Shown here piece after piece: positions 14,001-29,418 of a DNA stretch of 64,000 nt. How positions within the stretch are numbered: position 1 is the stretch's first letter; each line of letters starts with the position of its first letter. The translations under genes and the position numbers were made by a program. The notes beneath the pieces were generated by a model that ran no database searches, had not been told where the DNA came from, and was given only the letters and a program-made list of their open reading frames with translations. This stretch comes from Bugula neritina (taxonomy: Eukaryota > Animalia > Bryozoa): assembly GCA_964035545.1 (NCBI GenBank), contig OZ037765.1:124001-188000 (forward strand), read 5' to 3'.

Positions 14001-17000
14001 TCACACTGTATACTGTATAGTATCACACTGTATACTGTATAGTATCACACTGTATACTGTATAGTATCACACTGTATACTGTATAGTATCACACTGTATA
14101 CTGTATAGTATCACACTGTATACTGTATAGTATCACACTGTATACTGTATAGTATCACACTGTATACTGTATAGTATCACACTGTATACTGTATAGTATC
14201 ACACTGTATAGTACCACACTGTATACTGTATAGTATCACACTGTATACTGTATAGTATCACACTGTATACTGTATAGTATCACACTGTATACTGTATAGT
14301 ATCACACTGTATACTGTATAGTATCACACTGTATACTGTATAGTATCACACTGTATACTGTATAGTATCACACTGTATACTGTATAGTATCACACTGTAT
14401 ACTGTATAGTATCACACTGTATACTGTATAGTATCACACTGTATACTGTATAGTATCACACTGTATACTGTATAGTATCACACTGTATACTGTATAGTAT
14501 CACACTGTATACTGTATAGTATCACACTGTATACTGTATAGTATCACACTGTATACTGTATAGTATCACACTGTATACTGTATAGTATCACACTGTATAC
14601 TGTATAGTATCACACTGTATAGTATCACACTGTATACTGTATAGTATCACACTGTATACTGTATAGTATCACACTGTATACTGTATAGTATCACACTGTA
14701 TACTGTATAAAATACAGATCTAGCTGCACTGACCTCGTATCTCTTGGGTAACGCCAGTTTGAGATCGAGTGACGCAACGGCTGGTTTAACTATTTCCTGT
14801 CGGCTCATTCTCCGAGGAGCAGGCTTCGGGGAGTCGTCTGCAATATAACTACTTCCTGTGTGACGACATCATGTGACGCATCATGTGATACAGTAGAATA
14901 TAGATAGGATGAAAAGACAACTTCGACTTGCATAAGACAAGGTAAAGCAACTCCAAGATGGTTCAACCAATAAGTCATTGCAGTAGAAAAGCAGCATAAG
15001 AGAAATTTGTTGATCTTAAAGTTTATGTAGGAGATTTGAGAAAATGAGAGGAGACAACTGCACCTACCTGAGATAGCAGCAACTTACTACAGCAATACCT
15101 GCTAACAGCAACACATTCGGACTGAGTTTCTAAGATAACGCACCTTTTACAGACTGAGAGACCCTCCTGCCAGAGCTGGAGACTCTCGGTCTAGGTTTAG
15201 GACTGTGAAGAGTTTCCTCCAAACTCTGCGCCTTTCTGGAAGTTTCTACCGACTCTAGTAACAGTGAGAGACCAATTAACTACTAAATACTTCAAGTCTA
15301 GCGCTACTACTACTGCTAATACTACTACTACTAGTACTACTACTAGCTACTACTACTACTACCACTACTATTACTACTACTACTACCAGTACTAATACTA
15401 CTACCAGTACTATTACTACTACCAGTACTAATACTACGACTACTATTACTGCCACCACTGCTACTGCTCATTACGTTTCGAGGAAGAGGTGAATACTACG
15501 TCATCATTGTCATCAGCCAGTGTAGACTTTGACCAACTCTTGAGTTTAATGTGGCTTTCTGATGAGAGAAAAGGAAGGTGAACAGACTAGCAGGGGTGGG
15601 CAATTCTGAGCCCTTTGCTGTGCTTAATGCAGCCCTTACTGCTAGATATTTCAGCAAAATAGACTTGTGCTCCGTTATAAACTGACCATAGTACACCCCC
15701 CCCCCCCCCGTATGGGGATGTTGTTTCATACATTATGGTACAGCATGAAGGTAAAGATAGTATATTCTCAGCTAATTAACTGTTACATAATAATAAAACA
15801 TAATAAAATACATGTAATATATTGTGGATAGACTGAGATATTATGTTGAGAGAAACGTACAGAAAGGGGACAACTCACCACCATTGTGACTATCAGCTGA
15901 CCTCAGGGACGTCTGCGAGCCAAATTTATCTGCAGCAGAAATAAGTTACACATCAGATGTTATCTGCAGCAGAAATAAGTTACACATCAGATGTTATATA
16001 CAGCAGAAATAAGTTATACATCAGATGTTATCTGCAGCAGAAATAAGTTATACATCAGATGTTATATGCAGCAGAAATAAGATATACATCAGATGTTATA
16101 TGCAGCAAAAATAAGTTATACATCAGGTGTTATCTGCAGCAGAAATAAGTTATACATCAGATGTTATATGCAGCAGAAATAAGTTATACATCAGGTGTTA
16201 TCTGCAGCAGAAATAAGTTATACATCAGATGTTATCTGCAGCAGAAATAAGTTAGACATCAGGTGTTATCTGCAGATGATGGAGAAGAGAGTTGATGGAA
16301 TACTCAACATATTACAGAAAGTAACACAACTCCTGTGTTAACAGACCAACTGGTAAATGAGAATTGATAAGGATGTGAAATTGTCTTACCTTTACGAGAA
16401 TATTCTTTTGTCTTAGCACCTATAACAAAATATAATGTATACATTTACTATACACTGTAATATACTATACACTGTGACATACTATACACTGTAATATACT
16501 ACACACTGTAATATACAGACAGACTCACTATTAGAATGACGTGGAGACATCCTGGGAGACATCCTGGGAGACATTGGTACGGATCTCTTAGAATCTGTCT
16601 TCTCAGTGTAAGAGTTCTTGCGCTCTCTTGCTGAAGAGGTACTTTTCCCTTCTCGGGAGGAACTCCTGTACGGAGAGCCTTTCTCATTGTTGCTGAAGTT
16701 AGAATCCTCATTCAGCTCACCAGTTAGTGAGTTCCCGGAACTTTTCTCAACATCTGAGGAGTCTTTTGGGGTTTTCTTCTTCTGGAATCGTCTGAAGGCC
16801 GTTTCTTTACACTTGAGTGACGTGTTGAGTACCATATTGCTGAACTGTGAGCGATATTATACTCTTATTATATACTATACCATATAATATATTATATATA
16901 CTATATTATATATACTATACAGTATTATGTTATATACTATACAGTATTATGTTATATACTATACAGTATTATGTTATATACTATACAGTATTATATATAT

Positions 17001-18991
17001 ATACTATACAGTATTATGTTATATAATATGTTATATATAGTCATTACCTCTTTATAGTCTAGTTTACCGTCCTTGTTTTCATCAACTTCCTCTATAAGTC
17101 TAGTAACTTCTTCATCAGACATCCTTTCTCCTCTCTACAATAGACTACAGCTATATATTATACAGTATATACTATATAGTATACACTGTATACATACCGT
17201 ATATATATATATACTGTATATTATTATATAGTATATACCGTATATATACTGTATATTATTATATAGTATATACTGTATATATACAGTATATACTATATAT
17301 ATTATACAGTATGTATACAGTATATGCTATATAATAATATACAGTATATATATATATACTGTATATTATATAGTATAATAACATACAGTATATATACAGT
17401 ATGTATGAACTCACGGTGGTCATGATCTTCTTCAACTCCGAGTGGGAAATGAAGCCGTCTCCATTGATGTCTATCTTCTTGAAGGCCTTCATCAGATCGT
17501 CTGCTGATGTGACAGCCTCTTTCTCACAAATCTCACAGAATTCTTCAAATGTTATCTTTTCTGGGAGTTAGTAATAGTAATACTGAGTACTGAGAAGTAA
17601 GATACTGAGTAGTTAGATACTGAGTGGTGAGTAATATGGACTACACAGTAAACACTACAGTAACTACACAGTAAACACTACAGTAACTACACAGTAAACA
17701 CTACAGTAACTACACAGTAAAGAGTACAGTAACTACACAGTAAACACTACAGTAACTACACAGTAAACACTACAGTAACTACACAGTAAACACTACAGTA
17801 ACTATACAGTAAACAGCTGGTTTTAGCACATACCTGTCTGCTTCGTCCATGATTTGGCTAAAGATTTCTGAGTGGGGTTTCTACCAGTATTTTGTAAAGC
17901 TATAAACATATGAAAATCCATTTTTAATTGTAATTAATTCATATTCTATATGTGGGTAAATATTTATTATATAATCTAAATTATACTATACATACACAAA
18001 ATAATAGAATATTCAAAACGGGTTACTGTTGTTTCGTACACAAGTCATTTCGTACACTGGTAGTTTTGTATACAAAATGGTAGTTTAGTAGGCAAACTAC
18101 TGTCCATTTCATACACAATATGAATAATAAATTAATCCACTGAATAACCACTTAAATGATACTATTTTACTTATTTGTTGCATTTAATCACGTATCTTTC
18201 ACACCTTACATGTCTGATGTCACTAGTATCTAGTATTCACTTTCAGTTTCACTAGTCTATTGTCATTGATCAACCATCAATGTTTTATACTCATCTTAAA
18301 TATATTATGATAAATCCGTTAATATTTATTTTTATACAATAGCTGTATTGTAAGTGTATGACTCATACATCAAATAATAAATAAATATAAAAAATGAGTA
18401 TTTTAATTAATTTATTTTGATCATTTGATGTGTACGAAACAACTTGTCAGATGTCTACAAAACGACCTGATAAAGTGGGTACGAAATGACCTCCGCCCAT
18501 TCAAAACGTGCGATAATCATAATGATAATGATAATCATTATTCATATTGATATTCTCATAATCATAATGTTGATCGCTGAAAATTTGAATAATCCTCAAA
18601 GTGAATTTCCTGTAAGTATAAAATGAAAACCAACGACTTCAAATACTAGACTTAAACTACACTCACCAAGAAGCAGATCTGCTTTAGAAGTAAGCGGATT
18701 ATTAGTTGAAGATCCCTTCACCACCGACACATAAGCAGCTCTGCATTCCACTAACAAAGAATTGTCTGACAATGCTAAATGTGATTTTGACTGTTCTTCA
18801 CTTTTGCCAGGCTTAGGGGTTTTCTTGTTTTCACGCAGAGGTAGTGAAACAGAATCGCCATTGGTATTTGGAAATTCACCATAACCATTGGCATTAGGCT
18901 TAGAATTTCCATTTCCAGGTTGGACCAGGACTTGGCGACTAGACATGGAATTGGTTCTGGAACTGCAGTCGTTAACTCGTTTGTAAGACAT
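5059..18991 (-). CDS. EFCAB7: EF-hand calcium-binding domain-containing protein 7 (17 coding exons)
   Basis: Exons 18667-18991, 17834-17899, 17415-17560, 17048-17134, 16529-16844, 16390-16419, 15879-15929, 15144-15254, 14734-14837, 13340-13585, 11336-11505, 9679-9812, 9340-9488, 7841-7972, 7641-7757, 5251-5358, 5059-5142; all GT-AG with compatible phases. Motifs ECRAAYVSV..ALQNTGRNPTQK, EF-hands DINGDGFISHSE / DENKDGKLDYKE / DTDMNGLLSKEE, KRGMFYLEDTGGISSSQY, VFGVRCDLEPGTY and C-terminal HFVPRDESKEW match EFCAB7 as remembered. Confidence 0.93.
5360..5826. repeat. ~19-bp minisatellite GTGTAGATATATACAGGGG ending at an EFCAB7 acceptor
   Basis: On the - strand, units read ..TCTACAC; the last unit reads ..TCTACAG, which is the acceptor. 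Confidence 0.95.
6470..7626. repeat. 17-bp minisatellite TTACTACACTACGTGTG next to an EFCAB7 donor
   Basis: Direct inspection; source of the spurious ORFs at 6528-7856. Confidence 0.97.
7979..8697. repeat. 37-bp minisatellite abutting an EFCAB7 acceptor
   Basis: Unit ACAACAACTAAGTAAGTATATAAACTATACTGTATAT. Confidence 0.96.
9084..9321. repeat. 22-bp minisatellite near an EFCAB7 donor
   Basis: Unit AACAGTAACCACTACATACTCT. Confidence 0.93.
9802..10015. repeat. ~45-58-bp repeat x4 spanning an EFCAB7 acceptor and ~11 exon bases
   Basis: Unit begins TGAGTAC(G/A)TACCTAGCAGCAGTAATATAG. Confidence 0.9.
10304..10761. repeat. 22-23-bp minisatellite GTAGACAGGGG(G)TACTATACAGT
   Basis: Direct inspection. 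Confidence 0.93.
11117..11319. repeat. ~30-bp minisatellite next to an EFCAB7 donor
   Basis: Unit GCACCTTATCTAGCTGTCAGAGAGTTTAGG. Confidence 0.88.
11556..11968. mobile_element. hAT-type MITE in an EFCAB7 intron
   Basis: TIRs CAGGGTTGAGGTCAATT / AATTACCCCAACCCTG; perfect 8-bp TSD ACAGGTAG at 11548-11555 and 11969-11976; internal GTAATTAATTAC repeats. Confidence 0.85.
12355..12587. repeat. 21-bp minisatellite TATAGATATATGTGATAGGTG
   Basis: Direct inspection. Confidence 0.93.
12924..13312. repeat. 23-bp minisatellite near an EFCAB7 donor
   Basis: Unit GAGAGTAGATATGTTGATAGTGA. Confidence 0.95.
13601..14709. repeat. 22-bp minisatellite filling almost the whole of an EFCAB7 intron
   Basis: Unit ACTGTATACTGTATAGTATCAC. 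Confidence 0.97.
15926..16277. repeat. 34-bp minisatellite containing an EFCAB7 acceptor
   Basis: The - strand unit contains ACTTATTTCTGCTGCAG|ATAA. Confidence 0.95.
17640..17815. repeat. 23-bp minisatellite near an EFCAB7 donor
   Basis: Unit CTACACAGTAAACACTACAGTAA. Confidence 0.9.
18020..18498. mobile_element. Mutator-like MITE in the first coding intron of EFCAB7
   Basis: 9-bp TSD ATTCAAAAC (18011-18019, 18499-18507); GGG...CCC ends; inverted subterminal TTTCGTACAC / GTACGAAA repeats. Confidence 0.75.
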
Positions 18992-19595
18992 TTCTGTACA
19001 AACTCGTACGATTTGTATTTCTCAACCCATGTTTATAACTTTTAGTAATAAAACATGTTTTATCTGCAATAATAAATCAGAAGTGATAAATAAGTCCATG
19101 CTACCCACCTGAGAGTCTAATAGTAAGCAAATTCGCGAACTTGGTATCTAGATGCTTGCGTGTAATGGCAACGGTAAGTTTAGCATAGTGTTCTATAAAA
19201 CAAAAACGCATCTCATTAAGGGCAGTTTCCGTAATTATCTAACCGCATCTCTAGTTAAATATTTAGAATCAATAGCAATCTCTAGAGTTGTCAGCCTCTA
19301 AAACTTTATCGCCAAGCCGACGTTGAATAGATTATTACTAGGAACAGCATCGAGTCAAAGGTGACGTAGTACAGTGCCTTAAAGCACATCGTTGTTCTAA
19401 CTCTAAACTCCTAAACCAGTGCACCCATTGACATCCAACTTGGTGCTAGTTCAAGTGATGTCTCATTATCATACGCTCAAATTGCTTTAAATTTACCATT
19501 GCCAATAATTATAATTACTATAATAAATAAGTCTAGAACTCAGACAATCATTTTATAGCAAATTCATTTTTGGCGGATGTAGAATTGTCAGCAAT

Positions 19596-22377
<2,782 letters not shown>

Positions 22378-22899
22378 TCAGCAATAGATCTTGCCTCAGC
22401 ATCGCTCAATAACCAAAACCACAAAAATGCTTTGAAGTTTATGTTTTGTCAAATTCATCAAAATGAAATTTTTTTAAAATTTTCTGAAACTGCTAATATG
22501 TGTGCTTATGCCAAAATATTAATCTCAGAAAAAAAACTTATACTAGCAATAGTCTTCACATAAACCTCGAATTTCTACTAGTTTTGTGTGCCTTCTATAT
22601 AATATTATCATGAGACTGCCCCTAGGCCTGGTTGGAGGAGACAACTTCAAAATACAAATTCCTTTAGCGGGACATCTGAAAACCCTCTTTTGGCATCTCT
22701 CTTAGGATGAATTGGCAGAGTTATTAGGAGAATTACAGACCCAACTAGAAGAGATTTTAAATTACTTGAAACATGCGCTGCGCCAAATTGGTCTCATTTT
22801 AAAGCTTTTAAATAGCCGTAAACTTTGCTCAAAGTTACTTGTCTGTTGAAGGTAGTTTACAATACCGGTTGCTGGCTAAGTTCATCCATGTATACTATA

Positions 22900-23454
22900 T
22901 ACTATAGTGTGATATGCTATAGTGTGATATGCTATAGTGTGATATGCTATAGTGTGATATGCTATAGTGTGATATGCTATAGTGTGATATGCTATAGTGT
23001 GATATGCTATAGTGTGATATGCTATAGTGTGATATGCTATAGTATGATATGCTATAGTGTGATATGCTATAGTGTGATATGCTATAGTGTGATATGCTAT
23101 AGTGTGATATGCTATAGTGTGATATACTATAGTGTATTATACTATAGTGTAATATACTATAGTGTAATATACTATAGTGTAATATACTATAGTGTAATAT
23201 ACTATAGTGTAATATACTATAGTGTAATATACTATAGTGTAATATAACATAGTGTAATATACTATAGTGTAATATACTATAGTGTAATATACTATAGTGT
23301 AATATACTATAGTGTAATATACTATAGTGTAATATAACATAGTGTAATATACTATAGTGTAATATACTATAGTGTAATATACTATAGTGTAATATACTAT
23401 AGTGTAATATACTATAGTGTAATATAACATAGTGTAATATAACATAGTGTAATA
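22900..23454. repeat. 15-bp minisatellite with two variant blocks
   Basis: TATAGTGTGATATGC, then TATAGTGTAATATAC. Confidence 0.95.
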
Positions 23455-23593
23455 GATTATCAAAACAATATGAAATACAACTCATATGACAAAGCAGGTA
23501 ATGTGTACAAAGCCAGCTTTCATCTTTTCCGGGTGACATTTGAAAACAGAAGTATTTAAATGTCATTTATACGAAGTTTATAGTTCAAAATAT

Positions 23594-23750
<157 letters not shown>

Positions 23751-24709
23751 CCATCGCATGGCTGAAAGCACTTATTCTTTCACCATAAACTAATGTTGTC
23801 TACTCAATGCAGATCCTGAGTTACTGAAACACATCCCTTCTTTACACAGGGTCACCACCTGCAGGTAGTGTCTTGATAAATATGTAGTCTAGTTGTAACT
23901 TTGCTGCTGGTACAGGAGTGTTGCTACAACTTGGAGTTGCTTTCTCAACTTCAACTTCTATAGTATTACAATTCCTCCAACTACTGTAGATCCTCCTGCT
24001 GTAAATTATGCCACTTATAATATGGAAATTTCAAACTGCTGGCAATGGAGCTGATCAAGGAAACACTTCTCTATTATGCAAACAGTTTCCAGACAGTTAT
24101 AAGTTATAATTATGTTGGTGAATATGAATCTGGTTGCAGGAACTTGTGCTAAGTTCCTGCCACATTGTTGATAGTAATAACATTGTTTTCATGAGAAATG
24201 TTAACTGTAATATAAATCGAGGCGTGAGATATTAAGAAAATGATATATGAAACATATCATATATTATTTATATGTATAGTACACATGAATATGAGTGCAT
24301 TATTTATAAGATTATGTGGTGATTATCTGCCCCTGACTGTCTAGAGAACTCCATGTTACCCAGCAATACTCTGTCTGAGACATGATTATGTAATGTTAGA
24401 AATATGTTGTCTACAGTTATGTTTGAGTTACTCTGCACCTGCATGTCTGTCATTCACTCTCAAGTTATTTATTACTTTCAGTGTGTGAGGTTTATTTCTT
24501 AGTATTTGTAGACCTGCAGGTTAACCTGAGGCTCAGCTTTTATTTACCTCTCAAGTATAAGAGCTGCTCTAATGCAAGCGAGTTGTAATTTAATTTCTAA
24601 TTCTTGTGACTAAGTATGAAAATATGCGACTGAGTCATACAACTAGTCAGAAAATGTTTTCATAAATAACCTTTATATTTAGTAGATGAGTAAAATATAG
24701 CTGATAAGT

Positions 24710-27700
24710 TTAGTAGTTTATTGTGTATTTCCTCAGTCCACCCTCTTCACATGCTAGAAACATTTTGTTTCCATTATACACAGCAATGTCCCACACCTAG
24801 CTGCTCACACCAAGACTTTCTCTTGGAAATGTCCGCATCAGTTTCCCTGTAAATAAAATAACACCAGATTGTATCAGTTTGAGACAAACAGACAGACTAC
24901 AGTGACATCACAACAGCTGACACAACTATATACAGTTTCTACTTTCTAGTATAATATAGTAACTGAAATATGTTCAATAATATAACAGCAGCTGGACTAT
25001 AATATATATATCAAACACATTTCTCACTCAGAAAGACTTCCTTTAAACATGGAACTAAGCGGATTATGTTGAAGATAATAAAGTTCTACCAGTCAGTATT
25101 GAATAATTCACTGAGCTGCTCTACTGTTTACTTCATAATAAATGACAACATGGAGAGAAGAAACTCAACATACAAACTAAGTGCTCAGCTAATATAATTA
25201 TAAATAATTACATAATATAAGATATACTCCAACATTATGACATTCACATTCACCCTAATATATTATAATTGAAACAGCTAAACTTATAATAAACGTATTA
25301 TTTACCTTCAAGTGAGAGGATGAGGAGAGGTCCACTCCCTGTACAGATATGAATCAGTTGAGATGTTGGATCAAAGGAAATACCAGTTGGTAGTGAGATA
25401 TGAGGGAATTCCCACATTAGAATGAGAGTTGTGTTCTCTACTTTATATCTTCTCACTTTACCATCTGCAGTGTAGTCTCCTATGAGGAGAGTTGAGTCTG
25501 GGAGGATGCATACAGGTCGAGGGTAACTCATCCCAGGAAGTGGGAACTTCTGTATTTTATTGTCAACTAGATTACAGACTACCAGCTGTTTCTCTCTCCT
25601 GTCTACAATATAGACTAGTGAGAGGTGCTGAGCTATTCTATAGTAAGTCTGTTCATCTACTGACTGTTTATAGAGGGAGTTGGTTTTCTTAAAGGAGTTC
25701 GGATCAAGAAGTGAGACTTCAACTGTTTTGTCTTTCTTGTTATAACAGCTGCCAACCACTACCCCTTCAGGTTGGATTATCTGCCCCCACCATGTAGTTT
25801 TGGTGTCCTTCATTAAGCTGATAGTATCCAGAGTGTGTCTATTTATTACTTCTACACCTTCTAGTGTCCCACACATGAGATGTCCATCAGCTGAGATATT
25901 TACTGCCCAACACCCTCCATGTACATAAAATCCATCAGACTGTAGAGAAGCTGTACCAACTCTCAGCAACTTCAGTCCCAGACTGTCTTCACTGTCTGCA
26001 ACAACAACATAATAATTCTATAACTTGAGAATCTCATCACCTGCACAGGTAGAGAGTGTTTTGTTAATACTGACAGCAGGTAGTCAGCATAACACAGTTT
26101 AGCAGCTCACTTATGAATTCTGGGTTCTGTTTAATAATTCTACATACTTGCAGGTGCCAGGAATTTGCGAGGAACAGAACATTTCTCTACCATGCTGATG
26201 TCTAAAGCCTTTTTCATCTTCTCACTCATCTCTTTGTAGTCTCTCACAATCCCTGCATCATTGAACTTATCAACTGCATGTTGTACTCTGTCCACCAGAG
26301 AAAACTTATCAACACCATGTTTCACTGCCAGGTCATATCTATAATTAACCACCATCTCTGTGCTGCTTCTCAGATATTCTGATAATTCATCCTTCAGTTC
26401 CTCACCTCTCTTTCTAATCTCTTCTATCTAATAAATAGTAACACATTATAACCACATCTGCACCTCACAACCTTTACACTTGACATGAGAGTGACAGCTG
26501 ACAGACCACCCACTGAGTAGACATCATCATGCTGTGACTCTACATAATAGTTGTCTATATTCTCTACAAACATGTCTGCCAACCTTTGCATTAACTGTAG
26601 CATATACTCTGGCAAACATCTTCTTCACATCATCTTCTATTTCACTCAGCAGTCTCCAGGCATCCTTTGATATGTCATCCAACTCTAAAATCTTCTCAGA
26701 CAGAATCTTCATTTCCTCAGTCAGTTTGTCTCTCAGCTCACGGAATAAATCATTCAACGATGTTACGTTGTGAGAAGCTGCTTTTCCCTCTGAAATAATA
26801 TTCAAGTATTTACCTCCAGACATTCAGTATATCGGTTACCTTAGACTGAGTTCTATTCATGTGGCCACACAGGAACACATGCTATTCTCATGTAAACAAT
26901 CATGTCTTCTTGTACAAAGCTATAATATAAAACTGGAGAAAGAAATCACCTGCCACTTTTCCACATCCACTCTTAGAGTCACACCGAATACAGAATCTCT
27001 GGTGACACTCAGAACACGCCTCTATCAGCTGATGATGTTCATGATGTTCACAGTTAGTAGTAGTATAGCGTTGTGGAGATGCTGTGTAGACATCAATTGG
27101 GATAAACTGATGTCTAGTGTTCAGGTAAGTATTCATTGCCTCATCATGTTTCTGACAAGAGAAAATCCAACTGACTCATGAATCACAGCGAGTAAACAAC
27201 AAAAGTGCAAACAGTTATTACAGATATGGAGGAGAATTCTACAGAACAACTTATCAGTATGTCCCAGACTAGAGGTTACAGTCAACACATAACAACTCAC
27301 CTGCTGATGCTGTTCACACAACTTCTTCTCACTCTCTACACAGAACACTACAGCTTCTGTTCCATCTTCACAAACATCACATGGAATGGGTGCAGGGTTG
27401 GGTGGAGATCTATATTCTATTGGATCACCAAACTTGGCTACAGGTAGAGTTGTGGGATCTGTGATGTCATAGAATTCCTTTCTAAAGTATAGTATTAGTC
27501 AGTGTGCTACATCTAATGAGATGATATAGTAACTTTTAACATTCATTGTAATGAGAGAAATCACCCTGATGACTAACTAGATAGTAACTAGAGTTTATAC
27601 AAAATAAAACATTTACATAAATGCAAATATGACAATTTCAAAATAAATACAGTCGCTATGAGAGTCAGAGAAAAATACTATTTATTATTATAACTCACCC

Positions 27701-27880
27701 ACAATATACACACTTGATATGAGTCTTTCTGTAGCCGATATCCGTCTTTAAACACCTCATACAGTAGACATGCAGACAGGGGAGGGCCCTGGGATCTTCT
27801 AAATTGTTAAACTGCTGGTTGCAGTATCCACATCTGTATGAGTCATTCACTTTTCTCTTTACAACTCTAGAGTCAGCCAT
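24710..27880 (-). CDS. TRIM-like RING / B-box / B-box / coiled-coil / beta-propeller (NHL-like) protein, copy 1; in-frame TAG in last exon
   Basis: Exons 27699-27880 (C3HC4 RING CGYC..PRALPCLHVYCMRC..CVYC), 27301-27481 (CDVC..FCVESEKKLCEQH), 26950-27151 (CEHH..CSECHQRFCIRC), 26584-26789 and 26148-26427 (helical), 25306-25995 (propeller blades, e.g. PRPVCILPDSTLLIGD, PTGISFDP), 24710-24846. TAG at 24797-24799 removes the last 29 codons relative to copy 2. Confidence 0.82.
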
Positions 27881-28882
27881 TGTGAATTGAAGAAATCTAG
27901 AAAAACCATTTGATATTTTAATTATTTGATAAGTGAGAACTAAGCTTAGGCTGGGCAGTTTTAGTCTTGCACTTCTGAGAAATATGGAGCCTCTTCACTT
28001 TCACATTCAGCAACTAATGGACATACCTAGCATTTTGCTAAAGTATTATAAATTAATAAAATCTCCCAAACTGTTAGCAGAATATCATGTGTAAACATAG
28101 TTCAATAAATAAACTACTAACCTGATACTTTTACTTTAAGCTCTGACGCGTCTACTAGCTGTAGAAGAACAGTGAGGCTGCAGACGATGAAGTGTGCATT
28201 TGTTGTGTCACGTGACATCAATTACTCAATGATTTGTTGAATTAGATTATCAGTTGACCAATCACTATAAAATTATGCGCGTGGTAATCAATCCATTGGC
28301 TGTTAATCACTCCATTGATTAAATTAAATCCAGGGCTTTGAGAATTAGCCTGTTTTTTTATTTTACTATAGAAAATATCTACTGCGTTATATCTCTTTCC
28401 AATGATTACAAAACATTCTTTGTTTCATCCCTTTAATGTGGCTATTGATACAACTATTGGTACAACTCCAGAAGAACTCAGGGAGTGACAGGACCTGAGA
28501 TTTCAACCTTTATACATAATTTATCTATCGATTTTCCACATTGGCTATACTCAAGGGCTGTACGTTAATACTAATACAAGGTGCATACGTAGTTGAGTAT
28601 TTGTGTCGTATTGTAGCATAGCAATCAACTGTGTTGTAGAATAATATCAAACACAATATAGAATACAAATCATGTTAACATAAATTGAACTCATTGTGAT
28701 TAATCAATCTATAGACAAAGGGTGAATGGGGTTACTCCATCAGAAGCAGATCAAATAATAAATTGTGTTATAATAGTAAATAATAAATACATATCAAATG
28801 TTGATAAGTAGCTGAACAAAGATAACTAAGAGCTAACAGCTAACAAACTATCAATATGACAGAACAGCCTGGCTATATAGCT

Positions 28883-29286
28883 GGTGACAACATTTCGAAA
28901 ATAATTCAATTGGAAAACACCTATTTGGAAAATGGACAATTGGAAAATAGACATTTGGAAAATGAAAAATATTCAACATGGTTTAGTCCTGGGGGTTGTC
29001 TGGCATCTGGTCAATTCCAAAATAGCTTTTAAAAATAAATATAATGGCCGAATCAGTTAGGCTATCTTGGAAGTAGAATTAGTTACCGAGCAGTTCTAAT
29101 AATTTACAATTGTTCACATTTACAAAAAGCTTTTTGAACCCGACCAGATACTAAACGCCCCCTCTGGACTAGGCCATGTTGAATATTTTTCATTTTCCAA
29201 TTGTCTATTTTCCAATTGTCCATTTTTTAATTGTCCATTTTCCAAATAGGTGTTTTCCAATTCTCATTTTCGAAATGTCGCGGATT
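28883..29286. mobile_element. MITE with long (~100-120 bp) TIRs built from repeated TTGGAAAA motifs (Mutator-like?)
   Basis: ACATTTCGAAAA..TTGGAAAACACCTATTTGGAAAATGGACAATT..ATTCAACATGG is mirrored at ~29167-29280. The TSD is not clean. Confidence 0.7.
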
Positions 29287-29418
29287 CAAATAGTTAGCCA
29301 ACTGGAGCAAGCCTAAAAGTCATGGCGGTTGTTACAATCATTAAGCTGCACCTACAGAATCATACAACTAGTCAGAATAAACTTTATTTAGTAAATGAGT
29401 AAAATGTAGCTGATAAGT

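Noticed and set aside
26110-26147. Stop at 26140-26142 as evidence that TRIM-like copy 1 is broken mid-gene
   Set aside because: A GTATGT donor at 26147 precedes the stop and joins the next exon in phase.
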